A stretch of 63,976 nt of DNA, the filler included, from Raillietiella orientalis (Eukaryota), in assembly GCA_036172245.1 (NCBI GenBank). It is 17 parts of 17 records of this genome, joined end to end, with 100 filler letters (N's around TTAATTAATTAA, not from the genome) between each part and the next. Parts side by side here need not be neighbours in the genome. Positions count along the whole stretch, not along the records: positions 48,213 to 51,788 come from JAYWIR010000364.1; positions 51,889 to 55,460 come from JAYWIR010000365.1; positions 55,561 to 59,070 come from JAYWIR010000366.1; positions 59,171 to 62,643 come from JAYWIR010000367.1; 13 more parts are not named here. One strand, written 5' to 3'. Both the position numbers and the translations under genes were made by a program. Numbering within the stretch: position 1 is the stretch's first letter; every line of letters starts with the position of its first letter. Below, in pieces: positions 51,201 through 62,743 of this stretch. Under the pieces are notes generated by a model. That model was given only the letters and a program-made list of their open reading frames with translations, was not told the DNA's origin and searched no databases.

Positions 51201-51788
51201 GCTTTCAGAGGATGATTAAGAAGAGTTCGAAACTTCATTAGGGCGTGGCACTTTGGACTCTGTCTTCTTTTCATGGTAACCAGTGTCGGACTTACAAAGG
51301 GAATATTCTCCTTCGCTCCCTTTCATTATGTGGTCCAACTTTGCAGCTTTGGGGGATTTGTATTCAATTAGAAAACAGAACATTTCACCATTGCACTTTT
51401 GCACCTCTTCACGAAGCATCCTTTTGCAGTGAGTGGCAAATACCTTTCATAGAGAGCCGAAAGCCCTTCCAATCTCTGCTTTCAGAGGATGATTAAGAAG
51501 AGTTCGAAATTTCATTAGTCAGTGGCACTTTGGACTCTGTCTTGTTTTCATGGTGACCAGTGTCGGACTAACAAAGGGAATATTCTCCTTCGCTCTCTAT
51601 TCGTGTTGCGGTTCAACATTTGCAGCTTTTACGGATATTCAAGAATTTCGAAAACAGAAGATTTCACCATTTCACTTTTGCGCCTCTTCACGAAGCATCC
51701 TTTTTTGCACTGATTGGCAAATCCTTTCATGGAGAGCCGCAATCCTTTCCAATCTCTGCTCAGAGGATGATTAAGAGAGTTCGGAAAT
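48213..51788. repeat. Satellite DNA array, ~277 bp monomer, ~13 copies; diverged reverse-complement relative of the 1-4227 satellite
   Basis: CATGGTAACCAGTGTCGGA recurs every ~277 bp and is the reverse complement of TCCGACA(C/G)TGGTT(A/G)CCATG. Confidence 0.97.
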
Positions 51789-51909
51789 NNNNNNNNNNNN
51801 NNNNNNNNNNNNNNNNNNNNNNNNNNNNNNNNTTAATTAATTAANNNNNNNNNNNNNNNNNNNNNNNNNNNNNNNNNNNNNNNNNNNNCGTGGCCCCTCC
51901 CCAAATCCC

Positions 51910-54900
51910 TTGGCGAGCGGACGTGTTTTTCCTGAGCTCCCGAGCGCGTCGACAGGAAGCGGTTTTTTCTTTGTGTGTGTTCGTGTGGAACATCGTTGGT
52001 GTCCGATGGCAGCGATGCCTGAGGACACCACGATGGTGGTAGGTGTGGGGGAGGCTTGCCCACCCCCACAGCCTGCAGAATCAGGGGCGTCCGCCCCGGA
52101 ATCATGCATGGCAACGCCGAGGACGTGGAGCGCCATGGTTTCCGCGCCGAGCGCGGAAACCTTGGCAGAGCAAGCGGCCTACAGGGCCTCCGGATATGAA
52201 CCATCTCTGGTTTATAAGGTAGGACCCCTCTTTGATGGTCCTACCGCCCGGGCTTTTAGTAGGGCACTGAAGGATTTCCCTGTACGCGAGGAGGATCTTG
52301 ACGGCCTCTCCGTACTCAGCGGGGGGCAGCGCGTGGAGGTCGTCTGCAAAGACGTAGCCTTAGCACAGCGCCTCATTAACACCCCGCTGAATGTGGATGG
52401 CCGGAAGATCCTGCCGGTTAGCATGGACCACTCCGTAGTGGTCCATCTAACCGGCATTACGAACCGCATGACGCGATCTGTGGTGAGTAATGCACTAAGT
52501 AAGTACGGTGAGATACACGCGTTGTGGCCAAAGCCTACCATTTTCGAAGGCTTTAATAGCCATTTCGGTGGCCAGGCCGCAGCGCGTGTAACAGTTAATG
52601 AGGGCAGTGGCTTGCCCCACAAACTGGAGGTCGCAAAGGAATCCGTCGACCTCTGGTACGTGGGGAAACCCCGCTATTGTGGCTACTGCGATGCAGTAGG
52701 GCACTTGCGCAAGCGGTGCCCGAATATCGAGTGCCACTTGTGCGGGGTTAAGGGACACGTTCATCGTGTGTGCCCCAAACGCCCCACCCCGGTGCCACCT
52801 GCTGCCAAAAAGGCGCAGGCTAAAAAAGGAAAAAAGGTCGAAAGCCCTTATCGCGATACTGGCCGGCCCCAGCCGCCATCTCCTGTTCCTCCCACCCAGG
52901 CGTCGGAGGAAAAACCCGCTGAAGACGCGGGAGAGGAAGAAGGATGGAAGCTGGTAAAGGCCAGAAAAGAAAAAAAAGTTCCCCCCGTGGAACCCGCGAG
53001 AGCGAAGAGAGAAAAGAGCGGGAAACCGTATAAACCCGGTCCGCGCTCGAAAACTCTTCGCGAGTGCACGGTGGCACTCGAACGGATTGCCGTCCCCGAG
53101 GCTGCCACCCGGGGCGACGAGCCTCCCCTCGCCGTTTCCGCCGCGCCCGAGGTTCGCGACGACGAACCCCCTGTTTGCACAGAGGGTGAACCGCGCGAAG
53201 CGCGCGCCGAAAGCGAGGACGCCGCGTTCGCGCAGGCGGCGGAGGAGCTCGCGGCCACGCTGGCCGAGCGTGAGAACTCCTCACGCAAGGCCGTGCGAAG
53301 GCCGGCTCCGCCGAAGAAGGCCCCCGCAGGTGAGTGCGACCTGGGGGCCGTAAGTGCATCCTCCTCGTCGGAGGCACCCCCCCGGAAGACGGGACGCAAG
53401 TCCCAAAAGCCGAGGAGGCGCCTCCCCTCCACGAGCGAGGAGGAGAAGCAGGAAGCCGACGGCAGCGTGGGAATCCCGGAGGGGGAAATCCCACGCGCGG
53501 AAGTCGTCGAGCAGGCCACCCCCATGGAGGAGGGTGAGCAGGGGGGCGAAGTCCTCCATGCCGGCGCGGACCCTGTACAGCCCACCCGTATGGAGGAGGG
53601 CCAACAGGTAGGCGCGACCCCACCGGAGGATGACCCGCCCGACGCGCCGTTACCCATGGAGGAGGGGGACCAGGTGCACGCAGCGCCTGACCCTCCTCCT
53701 CCACCTAGCGTACCGCCCCAACAGGTGGCGGACGCCGCAGATCCGATTTCCCAGGAATAACACCTGAGCTCGCCTGTCGCCGTCGAATCCGCGTGGCCAG
53801 TTGGAACGTCAACGGGCTGAGCGACGACGGCAACAGACGAGATACGGCCGACACCCTGCGTGAGTTCGACCTGGCGCTGCTGCAGGAGATCCACGTGATC
53901 ACCTCGGCAGACGTCCAGGAGATCGAGACGATCGCGGGGGGTCGACTGTATTGGCGATGCGGCGCCCGCAACACCTGTGGGGTCGCGTTTTTCGTGAAGC
54001 CGGCCATCGACGCTGCCGTGAAGGGCGTACCCTTCGATGACGACGGTCGGGTCGGTCAGCTGATTCTCAGCTGGTCCGACTTGATCGAATTGATCGTCAC
54101 GAACGTGTACGCCTCAAGCGGGAAAGGGGGATACAGCGACCGTACCAGGTTGCTGGAAACCCTGAAGCGCGACTGGCTGGCCGATACGAACGTGCGGAAG
54201 GCACACCTGATAGCTGGGGACTTTAATCTCCGTCTGCTGTCAGGTGAGCCCGAAGAACAAGAACGCACGGCCAACGAGTTGTGCGCTGCCATGCGCACGC
54301 GCAACTTGTTGGCGGACGCGGAGGGAATGGACCGCAGCATCGACCACTTCTTCCTGGATGTCGACCTGTGCTCGCGGGTCGGCAAACTGGGAAAAGTTGC
54401 GTCGACGCTGTCAGACCATTCCAGGTTAATCGCCGAGGTATGCCCGCGCGATAAAGGACCCCCGGCCAGGGCGTGGCGGTTGCCTGGGGATTGGACGCGG
54501 CTCTCAGGTGCGAAGGAACACCTTCGCGAATTCCTGAGAGGCGTCACCCTCCGCAGTCTCAAAGATTGGGACCTCTTCAAGGCCCCGGTCCGCGAGTTCT
54601 GCGAGGAGTTCCCCCTGCACCGCCTGCTCCCCGGATTTGGGGAGGGGGCTCGGAACTATAGGGCCTATTTACAGGCCCGCCGGTACGAGAGGACCCCCAA
54701 TGTCCGTCGCCTGGCCGAATATCGAGCCGGGCCCGAGCGCCAAGCCTGGCAATCCGGGTCGGCCAGCTTGCTGGACGACCAGGGCCGGGAGCGATCGGCC
54801 CCACCCGCGATCAGGCACCTCGTGCGGCAGTATTATTCCTCCCTCTACGCTAGGGCACCCCCAGAGCGGGACGCCTCGCGGCTCCTGCTTCCGGACGGAG

Positions 54901-55460
54901 GCCAGGCAATAGGGGAGGAGGAGAGGATCAGCCTCGACGAGCCTTTTTCTACCGGTGAAATTCTCGCCGGTATTAAAAGGCTTAAGAGGCGTAAGGCGCC
55001 AGGAGAGGACGGCCTGCCTGCGGAATTTTTTCAATGCTTCGCGACAGAGCTGGCCCCCCTGGTGCTCCAGTTGACCGGGCTGATCCGAAACGAAGGCGAC
55101 GTTCCCGCCTCGTTTCGGTCAGCCCGTGTGAGGCTCCTCCCGAAGGGAGGAGACCTGAGATCCCTAGGCAACTGGCGTCCGATCACAATTGTGAATACGG
55201 ACGCCAAGCTGGTCGCTGGACTGTGAGCTTCGCGTCTAGGACAGGTGGCAGACTCCATAATTAGCCCGGAGCAGACATACGCTGTTCCCGGGCGAAGTAT
55301 GGATGCCAACCTGTTCTTCGCGAGTACATGGTTCCATGTGCAGCGCTGCCTGAATGAAACTGGCGGAAAGATTGGCAACCCCACTTTGGGGCCGCCAGCT
55401 GGGCTGGGAATGGACACCCGGGCTGGGGAGGGGGCCCTAGCGATCGCGGTCGATCTCCAT
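51910..55460 (+). mobile_element. Family B element, full 5' end, ORF1, and ORF2 up to RT AVDLH
   Basis: 5' motif at 51919; ORF2 VASWNVNG...AGDFN...SDH...WRPITIVN; premature TGA at 55224. Confidence 0.94.
52006..53760 (+). CDS. ORF1 nucleic-acid-binding protein, family B
   Basis: ATG-initiated MAAMPEDTT (same start in the copies at 60555 and 62754); CGYCDAVGHLRKRC and CHLCGVKGHVHRVC. Confidence 0.88.
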   Translation: MAAMPEDTTMVVGVGEACPPPQPAESGASAPESCMATPRTWSAMVSAPSAETLAEQAAYRASGYEPSLVYKVGPLFDGPTARAFSRALKDFPVREEDLDGLSVLSGGQRVEVVCKDVALAQRLINTPLNVDGRKILPVSMDHSVVVHLTGITNRMTRSVVSNALSKYGEIHALWPKPTIFEGFNSHFGGQAAARVTVNEGSGLPHKLEVAKESVDLWYVGKPRYCGYCDAVGHLRKRCPNIECHLCGVKGHVHRVCPKRPTPVPPAAKKAQAKKGKKVESPYRDTGRPQPPSPVPPTQASEEKPAEDAGEEEGWKLVKARKEKKVPPVEPARAKREKSGKPYKPGPRSKTLRECTVALERIAVPEAATRGDEPPLAVSAAPEVRDDEPPVCTEGEPREARAESEDAAFAQAAEELAATLAERENSSRKAVRRPAPPKKAPAGECDLGAVSASSSSEAPPRKTGRKSQKPRRRLPSTSEEEKQEADGSVGIPEGEIPRAEVVEQATPMEEGEQGGEVLHAGADPVQPTRMEEGQQVGATPPEDDPPDAPLPMEEGDQVHAAPDPPPPPSVPPQQVADAADPISQE

Positions 55461-55560
55461 NNNNNNNNNNNNNNNNNNNNNNNNNNNNNNNNNNNNNNNN
55501 NNNNTTAATTAATTAANNNNNNNNNNNNNNNNNNNNNNNNNNNNNNNNNNNNNNNNNNNN

Positions 55561-58500
55561 TGATTCTCAGCTGGTCCGACTCGATCGACCTAATCGTCAC
55601 AAACGTGTATGGCCCCAGCGGCAAACAGGGTTAACGCGACCGCACCAGGCTGCTGGAAACCCTGAAGCGCGACTGGCTGGCGGATACCAATGTGCGAAAT
55701 GCTCACCTGATAGCGGGAGATTTCAATCTCCGCCTGCTAACAGGTGAGCCGGAAACACAAGTGAACGCGATGAACGAGTTGTGCGCCGCCATGCGTGCGC
55801 GCAACTTGTTCCCGGGTGAGGAAGGAATGGTCCGCAGCATCGACCACGTCTTCCTGGATGCGGACCTGTGTTCTCGCGTCGGCAAAAGGGGGAGGGTTGT
55901 GTCGACTTTGTCGGAACATTCGCGGCTAATTTTCGAGATGCGGCCTCGCGACAAAGGACCGCCATCCAGGGATTGGCGTCTGCCGGGACACTAAATGCGA
56001 CTCCCAGGTGGGAAGGAACACCTTCGCGAATACCTGAGAGGCGTCACGCTCCGGAATCTCCAGGACTGGGACCTTTTTAAGGAATCGGTCCGCGAGTTCT
56101 GTGAGCAGTTCCCCCTGGATCGCCTGCCCCCCGGATTCGGCAAGGGTGCACGCAACCATCGGGCCTATTTACAGGCTCGTCGGTACGAGAGAACCCCTAA
56201 TGTCCGTCGCCTAGCCGAGTACTGCGCCGGGGCCGAACGCCAAGCCTGGCAATCCGGGTCGGCCAGCTTGCTGGACGACCACAGCCGGGAATGTTCGTCC
56301 CCGGCGTCGGTACGCCATTTCGTTCGAAGTTTTTAATCCTCCCTTTACGCCAGAAAGCCACCGGATCGAAACGTTTCTCGACGCTTGCTTCCGGATGGCA
56401 CCTCGGCAATAGGAGAGGAGGAGATGGAAAGCCTCGACGAGCCTTTTACCACCGGCGAAATTCTCGCCGGTATCAAAACGCTCAAGAGGCGTAAAGCTTT
56501 AGGGGAAGACGGCTTACCCGCGGTGTTCTTTCAGAGCTTCGCAGAAGAGCTGGCACCCCTGCTGCTTAAGTTGATCATGCTGATCCGAGACGAAGGCGAT
56601 GTTCCCGCCTCGTTTCGGTCAGCCAGAGTGAGGCTCCTTCCGAAAGGGGCAGACCTCAGGAATTTAAAGAACTGGCGTCCGATCACAATCGTGAATACGG
56701 ACGCCAAGTTGATCGCAGGGCTATGGGCTTCGCGTCTGGGGCAGGTGGCAGAATCCGTAATTAGCCCGGAGCAGACTTATGCTGTTCCCGGGCGAACTAT
56801 GGATGCCAACCTCTTCTTCGAAAGCACATGGGGGCACCTGCAGAGAAGAGAGCAGAAAGGGATAGGGAAAGTCGGCAACCCCACATTGGGGCCGCCAGCC
56901 TTGCTGGGAAGTGACCCCCGGGCAGGGAAGGGGGCCCTAGCGCTCGCAGTCGATCTCTACAAGGCGTTCGGCTGTGTAGACCAGGAACTCCTCTTGGAGC
57001 TCCTGGGTCGCATGGGCTTCCCACCCTCCCTGATTCCCTACCTGCGCTCTTGCTGGCGGAATGCGATGATTACCGTCTGTTTCAGTGGACAGAAGGTGTA
57101 TGGCGTGCCGGTGCGGCGGGGCATAAGGCTGGGCGATAGCCTCAGCCCCCTGCTCTTTAGCACCTACTTTGAGTTGGTGCTGAGAGCGTACATGGTGACT
57201 TTGGCCCCCTTGCCGAGCTCGTGCCCCGGCACGCTCGCCGTAGCAGCGTACGCCGACGATCTTCTGCTCTTGTTGCCGATGTCCCCCCCGGCGAAGGCGG
57301 TCGGAGACTTCTTCGATCTGCTCAGCCCAGGGACCGGACTGCAGGTTAACAGGGCGAAGTTGTCGGTTGTGCCAATAGGTGCGGCGTGGGCATTGCAGCA
57401 GGACTGGGTCCGTCTGGGGATCCCCACGGCGAGGTGCTTCAAGTAGCTTGGTGTGCCGTTGGGGGACTACTCCCCTGCGGAAGCGTGGTCCAGCTGCCTC
57501 CAAAAAGTCGAGACGGCGATCGGCCCGTTCCTGGAAGGCAAGTTTCACTTGCCGGAACGGGCCGTAGTTTGGAACGCCTTCGCAGCTGCCATCCTCCGCC
57601 CCTTGCTTTTTGTTTGCCCCGCCCCCGTGGAATCGAAGAAGAGGACAAAGGACCTCCTCCGTATCGCCCTTCGGGGAAAGGGGAGGCCCTGAGTCCCTCT
57701 GAAGGACTTGTGCGCTCCGCGTCGGGACGGCGGTCTTGGCCTTCTGACGCTGGAGCGCGTGGAGAAGCAGTTGCGGTGGCGAAGCGTCGCCATCGCAGCA
57801 AAGATGTGGAGCACCCCTTCGTGCCCTTCGGCTAGCCACCTGGACAGTGGTGTGTCCCGGTGCGATGGACTCGCCTCTTTTCTTCTGAGACGTGGCCGGA
57901 AGATGCGAAGATGCGGCCTACTTCTTGAGCTCATGGCAACATTGGCCAAGGAGAACAGCTGGATGGTTTGCTGCCCCGCCAACTCCCCCGCCTGGCTGGA
58001 TGAAAATATTGGAACGTGGGCAGTGGTTAACAAGACAAGCCACGAGACGTGGAATCGTCTCCGATGCAGCTCCTACGCCCGCTGCACGCTGCTTAATCTC
58101 CTGGAGAGTCCAGCAAGATGCACGTGGGCAGAGACGACCTGTGAAGCTACGGCGCTGCCCTTCCTGAAGAGGGGACTTCACAGCAGCCGGACACCAAGGT
58201 GGCAAGTCTCCTGCTGCATCGAAGGACGAGAAAAGTTGATCAGCGGCTGGACAACAGGAGAACTGGCAGACGCCACGACCTCGAGCATCCAGGCGCGAGG
58301 ACTAAGAAGATGGGGCGAGCTGCTGGCCATCCCTACTGATGTGCTGAAGTGGCCCCCGCTTCTTCAGGAATCCAGGATCCTGCCCCTTAAGTGGAAGGAG
58401 TCGGCGTTGCTGTTTTTGCATTGAGGTTCACCCTGCAACGCACGCCGCACTCACTATACAAGAGGAGTTGTGGATCCTGCGTGTGTCAGGTGCGGAGAGC

Positions 58501-59061
58501 GGGGATCGCTCTCCCACCTTATTGTGGACTGTGCTGCCCTTCGTTTCCTTTGGGAACGGTTTGGGACGTTCCTTGGTCTCCCAACGGGCAGTTCCCCTAG
58601 AGACGTTCTTCGGCCCCTCTTCGTGAAGGACGCCCTGCAGCCAGACGCAGCCCTTGCAGACTTGTGCTTCGTCCGAGGCATCGTGGCTACATGGAGCGAC
58701 ACCAACAAGGAAGGAGTGGGTCAACATGCGAGGGATGTCATCCTATATGTCCAACGGTTCTTGCGAAGAGCTGCCGGATGGCCCCAACTGGGGAATATGT
58801 GGACTGACCTCGAGGGCTTCGTTCGACGGATAAGCCCTTTCCACAGCGAACAGTGATCCCTTCCCTGCACTCCAACTTCTTTTTGTTTGTTTCTTTTTAT
58901 TTTACTTTTTGTCTTATCCCCATCCCCCTTCGCTGTAGGGGAGTGCCACGCCGGGATGCGTCCCGGTGTCCCGACAGGTCCTGTGTTAACGGCCGTGGTG
59001 GGGCCTTGTACCACGCATGTAAAATTTATTAATAAACGCCTCGGGCGTACCCGGGTGATAA
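55561..59061 (+). mobile_element. Family B element, decayed ORF2 (stop 58856) and 3' UTR
   Basis: EN, RT (KAFG variant, YADD) and zinc finger; AATAAA 59031, hairpin, TGATAA end. Confidence 0.94.
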
Positions 59062-59170
59062 CGCCGAATCNNNNNNNNNNNNNNNNNNNNNNNNNNNNNN
59101 NNNNNNNNNNNNNNTTAATTAATTAANNNNNNNNNNNNNNNNNNNNNNNNNNNNNNNNNNNNNNNNNNNN

Positions 59171-59625
59171 CTTCTTCGTTGCCGACGCCCTGTGGCCAGC
59201 GTCCTCGATAGCAGCCTTGTGCTGCCTTCGTGGGATCGTCGCCGCCTGGAGCACGGCGACGAGAGGACCTAGCGATCAGGAAGCCATCCAGTGCGCCTCC
59301 CAGTTCCTGAGGAGAGCGTCGCGATGGCCCCACCCTGATGTTCACAACAAACAAGAGCTTGCCAGCATCCTGAGAGGGATGATGCGGCCCCAGCAGCAAC
59401 AGTGATCCCTTCCCGTTCCCTCCCACCCTTTGTTTGTTTTTTTGTTTAGTTTTTTTGTTTTTCCCCTTTCCCTTGCTGCCTTGATGAACCGTACCGTTCT
59501 AGAAACCGGTAAATTGGCAGGCGCCGTGGTTCTTAGCTTCTGGCTGGAGCATTGCCACAGCCATTAATGATATGTTTACAAAGTTTATTTTTTTAATAAA
59601 CGACTCGGAGAAATCCGAGTGAAAA
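59171..59625 (+). mobile_element. Family A-type 3' end
   Basis: ORF2 C-terminus ...ILRGMMRPQQQQ*; AATAAA 59595, hairpin CTCGG/CCGAG, TGAAAA. Confidence 0.9.
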
Positions 59626-60453
59626 TCGAATGCTTTATGCAAATCGACTGCGATCGCGAGGGCTCCTCTCCCCTCCCGACCATCCCGTCCCCCACCGACG
59701 GACGCACCGGAATTCCGGTTGCTTATTATGCTCCTTCCTTGTTGGAGCTCTAACCATGTGGAAGCGTGGAAGAGGTTCGCCTCCATACTTCGCCCGGAAA
59801 CAGCATATGTCTGTTCCGAGCTGATGAAGATGTTGGCGACCCGTCCAAGGCACTCTGCCCACAGCTTGACTAGCAACTTGGCGTCCGCATTCACTATTGT
59901 GATGGGACGCCAGTTGTTCATGCTCCTAAGGTCTCCTCCCTTAGGGAGGAGCCGCACCTTTGCTGAACGAAACGAGGTGGGAACGTCACCTGTTTCGCGG
60001 ATCAGCAAGGTGAGTTGCTGTACCAGGGGGGTAAGCTCAGCCGCGAAAGTTTGGTAAAACTCCGCGGGCAGGCCGTCCTCCCCTGGAGCCTTCCGCCTCT
60101 TGAGCTTTCCGATGGCCGAGATGATCTCGCCCATCGTGAAAGGCTCGTCGAGGTTCCTTTTCTCCTCCTCCCCGATTACTGGAGCACCTTCCGGAAGCAG
60201 GAGTCGTTTGACAGCCTGCTCCGGAGGCGCCCTGGCGTACAGGAAGGAGTAAAATTTCCTCACTATCCCGCGTTTCTGAGCGGAAACCGAGTGCTCCCGG
60301 CCCTGGCCGTCCAGCAAGCTGGCCGACCCGGATTGCTAGTCTTGCCTCTCGGCTCCCGCTCGATACTCTGCTAACCTGCGCATGTCGGGGGTTCTCGCGT
60401 AACGTCGGGCCTGAAGATAGCACCTTTCGTTACGCGGCCCCTCCCCAAATCCC
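59626..60453 (-). mobile_element. Family A-type ORF2 segment from GFGEG to KAFD, bounded by two insertions
   Basis: Collinear with 5607-6434. Confidence 0.92.
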
Positions 60454-62644
60454 TCTCCTCGAGAGCGGACGTGTTTTTCCGGCGCTCCGCGAACGAGCAG
60501 CGGAAAGCGGTTTTTTTTTGTTCAGTGTGTGCTTCTTCACATCGTTGGTGTCCGATGGCATCGCTGCCAGAGGACACCACGATGGAGGTAGGCGTGAGGG
60601 AGGCTAGCCCCCCCCCACGACCTACAGAACCAGGTGCATCCGCCCCGGAATCGCCCTCGCCGCCCAAGGCGAGGAGCTGGAGCGCCATGGTGGCCGCGCT
60701 GAGCGCGAAAACCATGGCAGAGATGGCGGCCTACCGGGCAGCTGGGTACAAGCCCAGCTTGGTGTACCAGGTAGGCAATCTCTTTGACGGGCGAACTGCA
60801 CGCGCTTTCTCGAGGGCGCTGCAGAACGCCAACGTATTAGAAAAGGATCTTGACGGTCTATCAGTGCTCAGCGGAGGTCAGCGCGTCGAGGTTGTCTGCA
60901 AGGACATCACCTCGGCGCAAAGCTTGATTACCACCCCGCTGAACGTGGACGGACGCAAGATCCTACCAGTGACGATGGACCGCTCCGTAGTGGTCCATCT
61001 GACAGGGATCACCAGCCGCATGACGCGGTCTGCGGTTGGTGATCAGTTAAGAAAATATGGCAATGTTCACGCGCTATGGCCAAAGGCCACAATCTTCGAC
61101 GGCTACGATAGCCTGTTCGGAGGGCAGGCCGCCGCGCGCGTGACGGTGAAGGAGAGTGGGCTTCCCCACAAACTAGAGGTCAATGACGAAGTCGTAGACC
61201 TCTAGTACGTGGGGAAACCCCGCTTTTGTGGCTACTGCAATGCAGTAGGACACTTGCGCAAGCGGTTCCCGAACATTGTGTGCCACTTATGCGGGGAGAA
61301 GGGCCACGTGCGCCGCGTATGCCCTAAACGCCCCACTCCGGTGCCGCCTGCTGCAAAGAAAGCACAGGCAAAACGCGGAAAAATGGTCGAAAGACCAAAA
61401 AGAGATACTGGCCGGCAGCAGCCGCTAGCCCCTGTTCCTCCCACACAGGCGTCGGAAGAAAAACCTTCCGAAGACGCGGGAGTCCAAGACGGTTGGCAGC
61501 TGGTCAAGGCCAGGAAGGAGAAAAAGGTGCCCCCCGCGGAACCCGCGAAAGCGGTAAAAAAGACAGCCGGCAAAGGCGAAAAAACCTGGGCCGCGCTGCA
61601 AGACCATACGGGAATGTACGGTGACACTGGAGCGCATAGCCGTTCCCGAGACTGCCACCCAGGACGACGAGCCTTCCCACGCCGTTTCCGCCGCGCCCGA
61701 GGTTCGCGACGACGAACCCTCTGTTTGCACAGAGGGTGAGCCGCGCGAAGCGCGCGCCGAAAGCGAGGACGCCGCGTTCGCGCAGGCGGCGGAGGAGCTC
61801 GCGATCACGCTGGCCGAGCGTGAGAACCCCTCACGCAAGGCCGTGCGAAGGCCGGCTCCGCCGAAGAAGGCCCCCGCAGGTGAGTGCGACCTGGGGGCCG
61901 GAAGTGCATCCTCCTCGTCGGAGGCACCCCCCCGGAAGACGGGACGCAAGTCCCAAAAGCCGAGGAGGCGCCTCCCCTCCACGAGCGAGGAGGAGAAGCA
62001 GGAAGCCGACGGCAGCGTGGGAATCCCGGAGGGGGAAATCCCACGCGCGGAAGTCGCCGAGCAGGCCACCCCCATGGAGGAGGGTGAGCAGGGGGGCGAA
62101 GTCCTCCTTGCCGGAGCAGCCCCTGTACAGCCCACCCGTATGGAGGAGGGCCAACAGGTAGGCGCGACCCCAACGGAGGGTGACCCGCTCGACGCGCCGT
62201 CACCGATGGAGCAGGGGGACCAGGAGCTCGAGGCACCTGTCCCTCCTGCCAAAACTAGCGTCCCGCCCCAACAGGTGGCGGACGCCGCAGAGCCGATTTC
62301 CCAGGAAGAACACCTGGGCTCGCCTGTCGCCGTCGAATCCGCGTGGCCAGTTGGAACGTCAACGGGCTGCGCGACGACGGCAACAGACGAGATACGGCCG
62401 ACACCCTGCGTGAGTTCGACCTGGCTCTGCTGCAGGAGATCCACGTGATCACCTCGGCAGACGTCCAGAAGATCGGGACGATCGCGGGGGGTCGACTGTA
62501 TTGGCGATGCGGCGCCTGCAACACCTGTGGGGTCGCGTTTTTCGTGAAGCCGGCCATCGACGCTGCCGTGAAGGGCGTACGCTTCGATGACGACGGTCGG
62601 GTCGGTCAGCTGATTCTCAGCTGGTCCGACTCGATCGAATTGAN
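60454..62644 (+). mobile_element. Family B element, 5' end, decayed ORF1 and start of ORF2
   Basis: Collinear with 51910-54090; TAG at 61203, plus a frameshift. Confidence 0.93.
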
Positions 62645-62743
62645 NNNNNNNNNNNNNNNNNNNNNNNNNNNNNNNNNNNNNNNNNNNTTAATTAATTAAN
62701 NNNNNNNNNNNNNNNNNNNNNNNNNNNNNNNNNNNNNNNNNNN

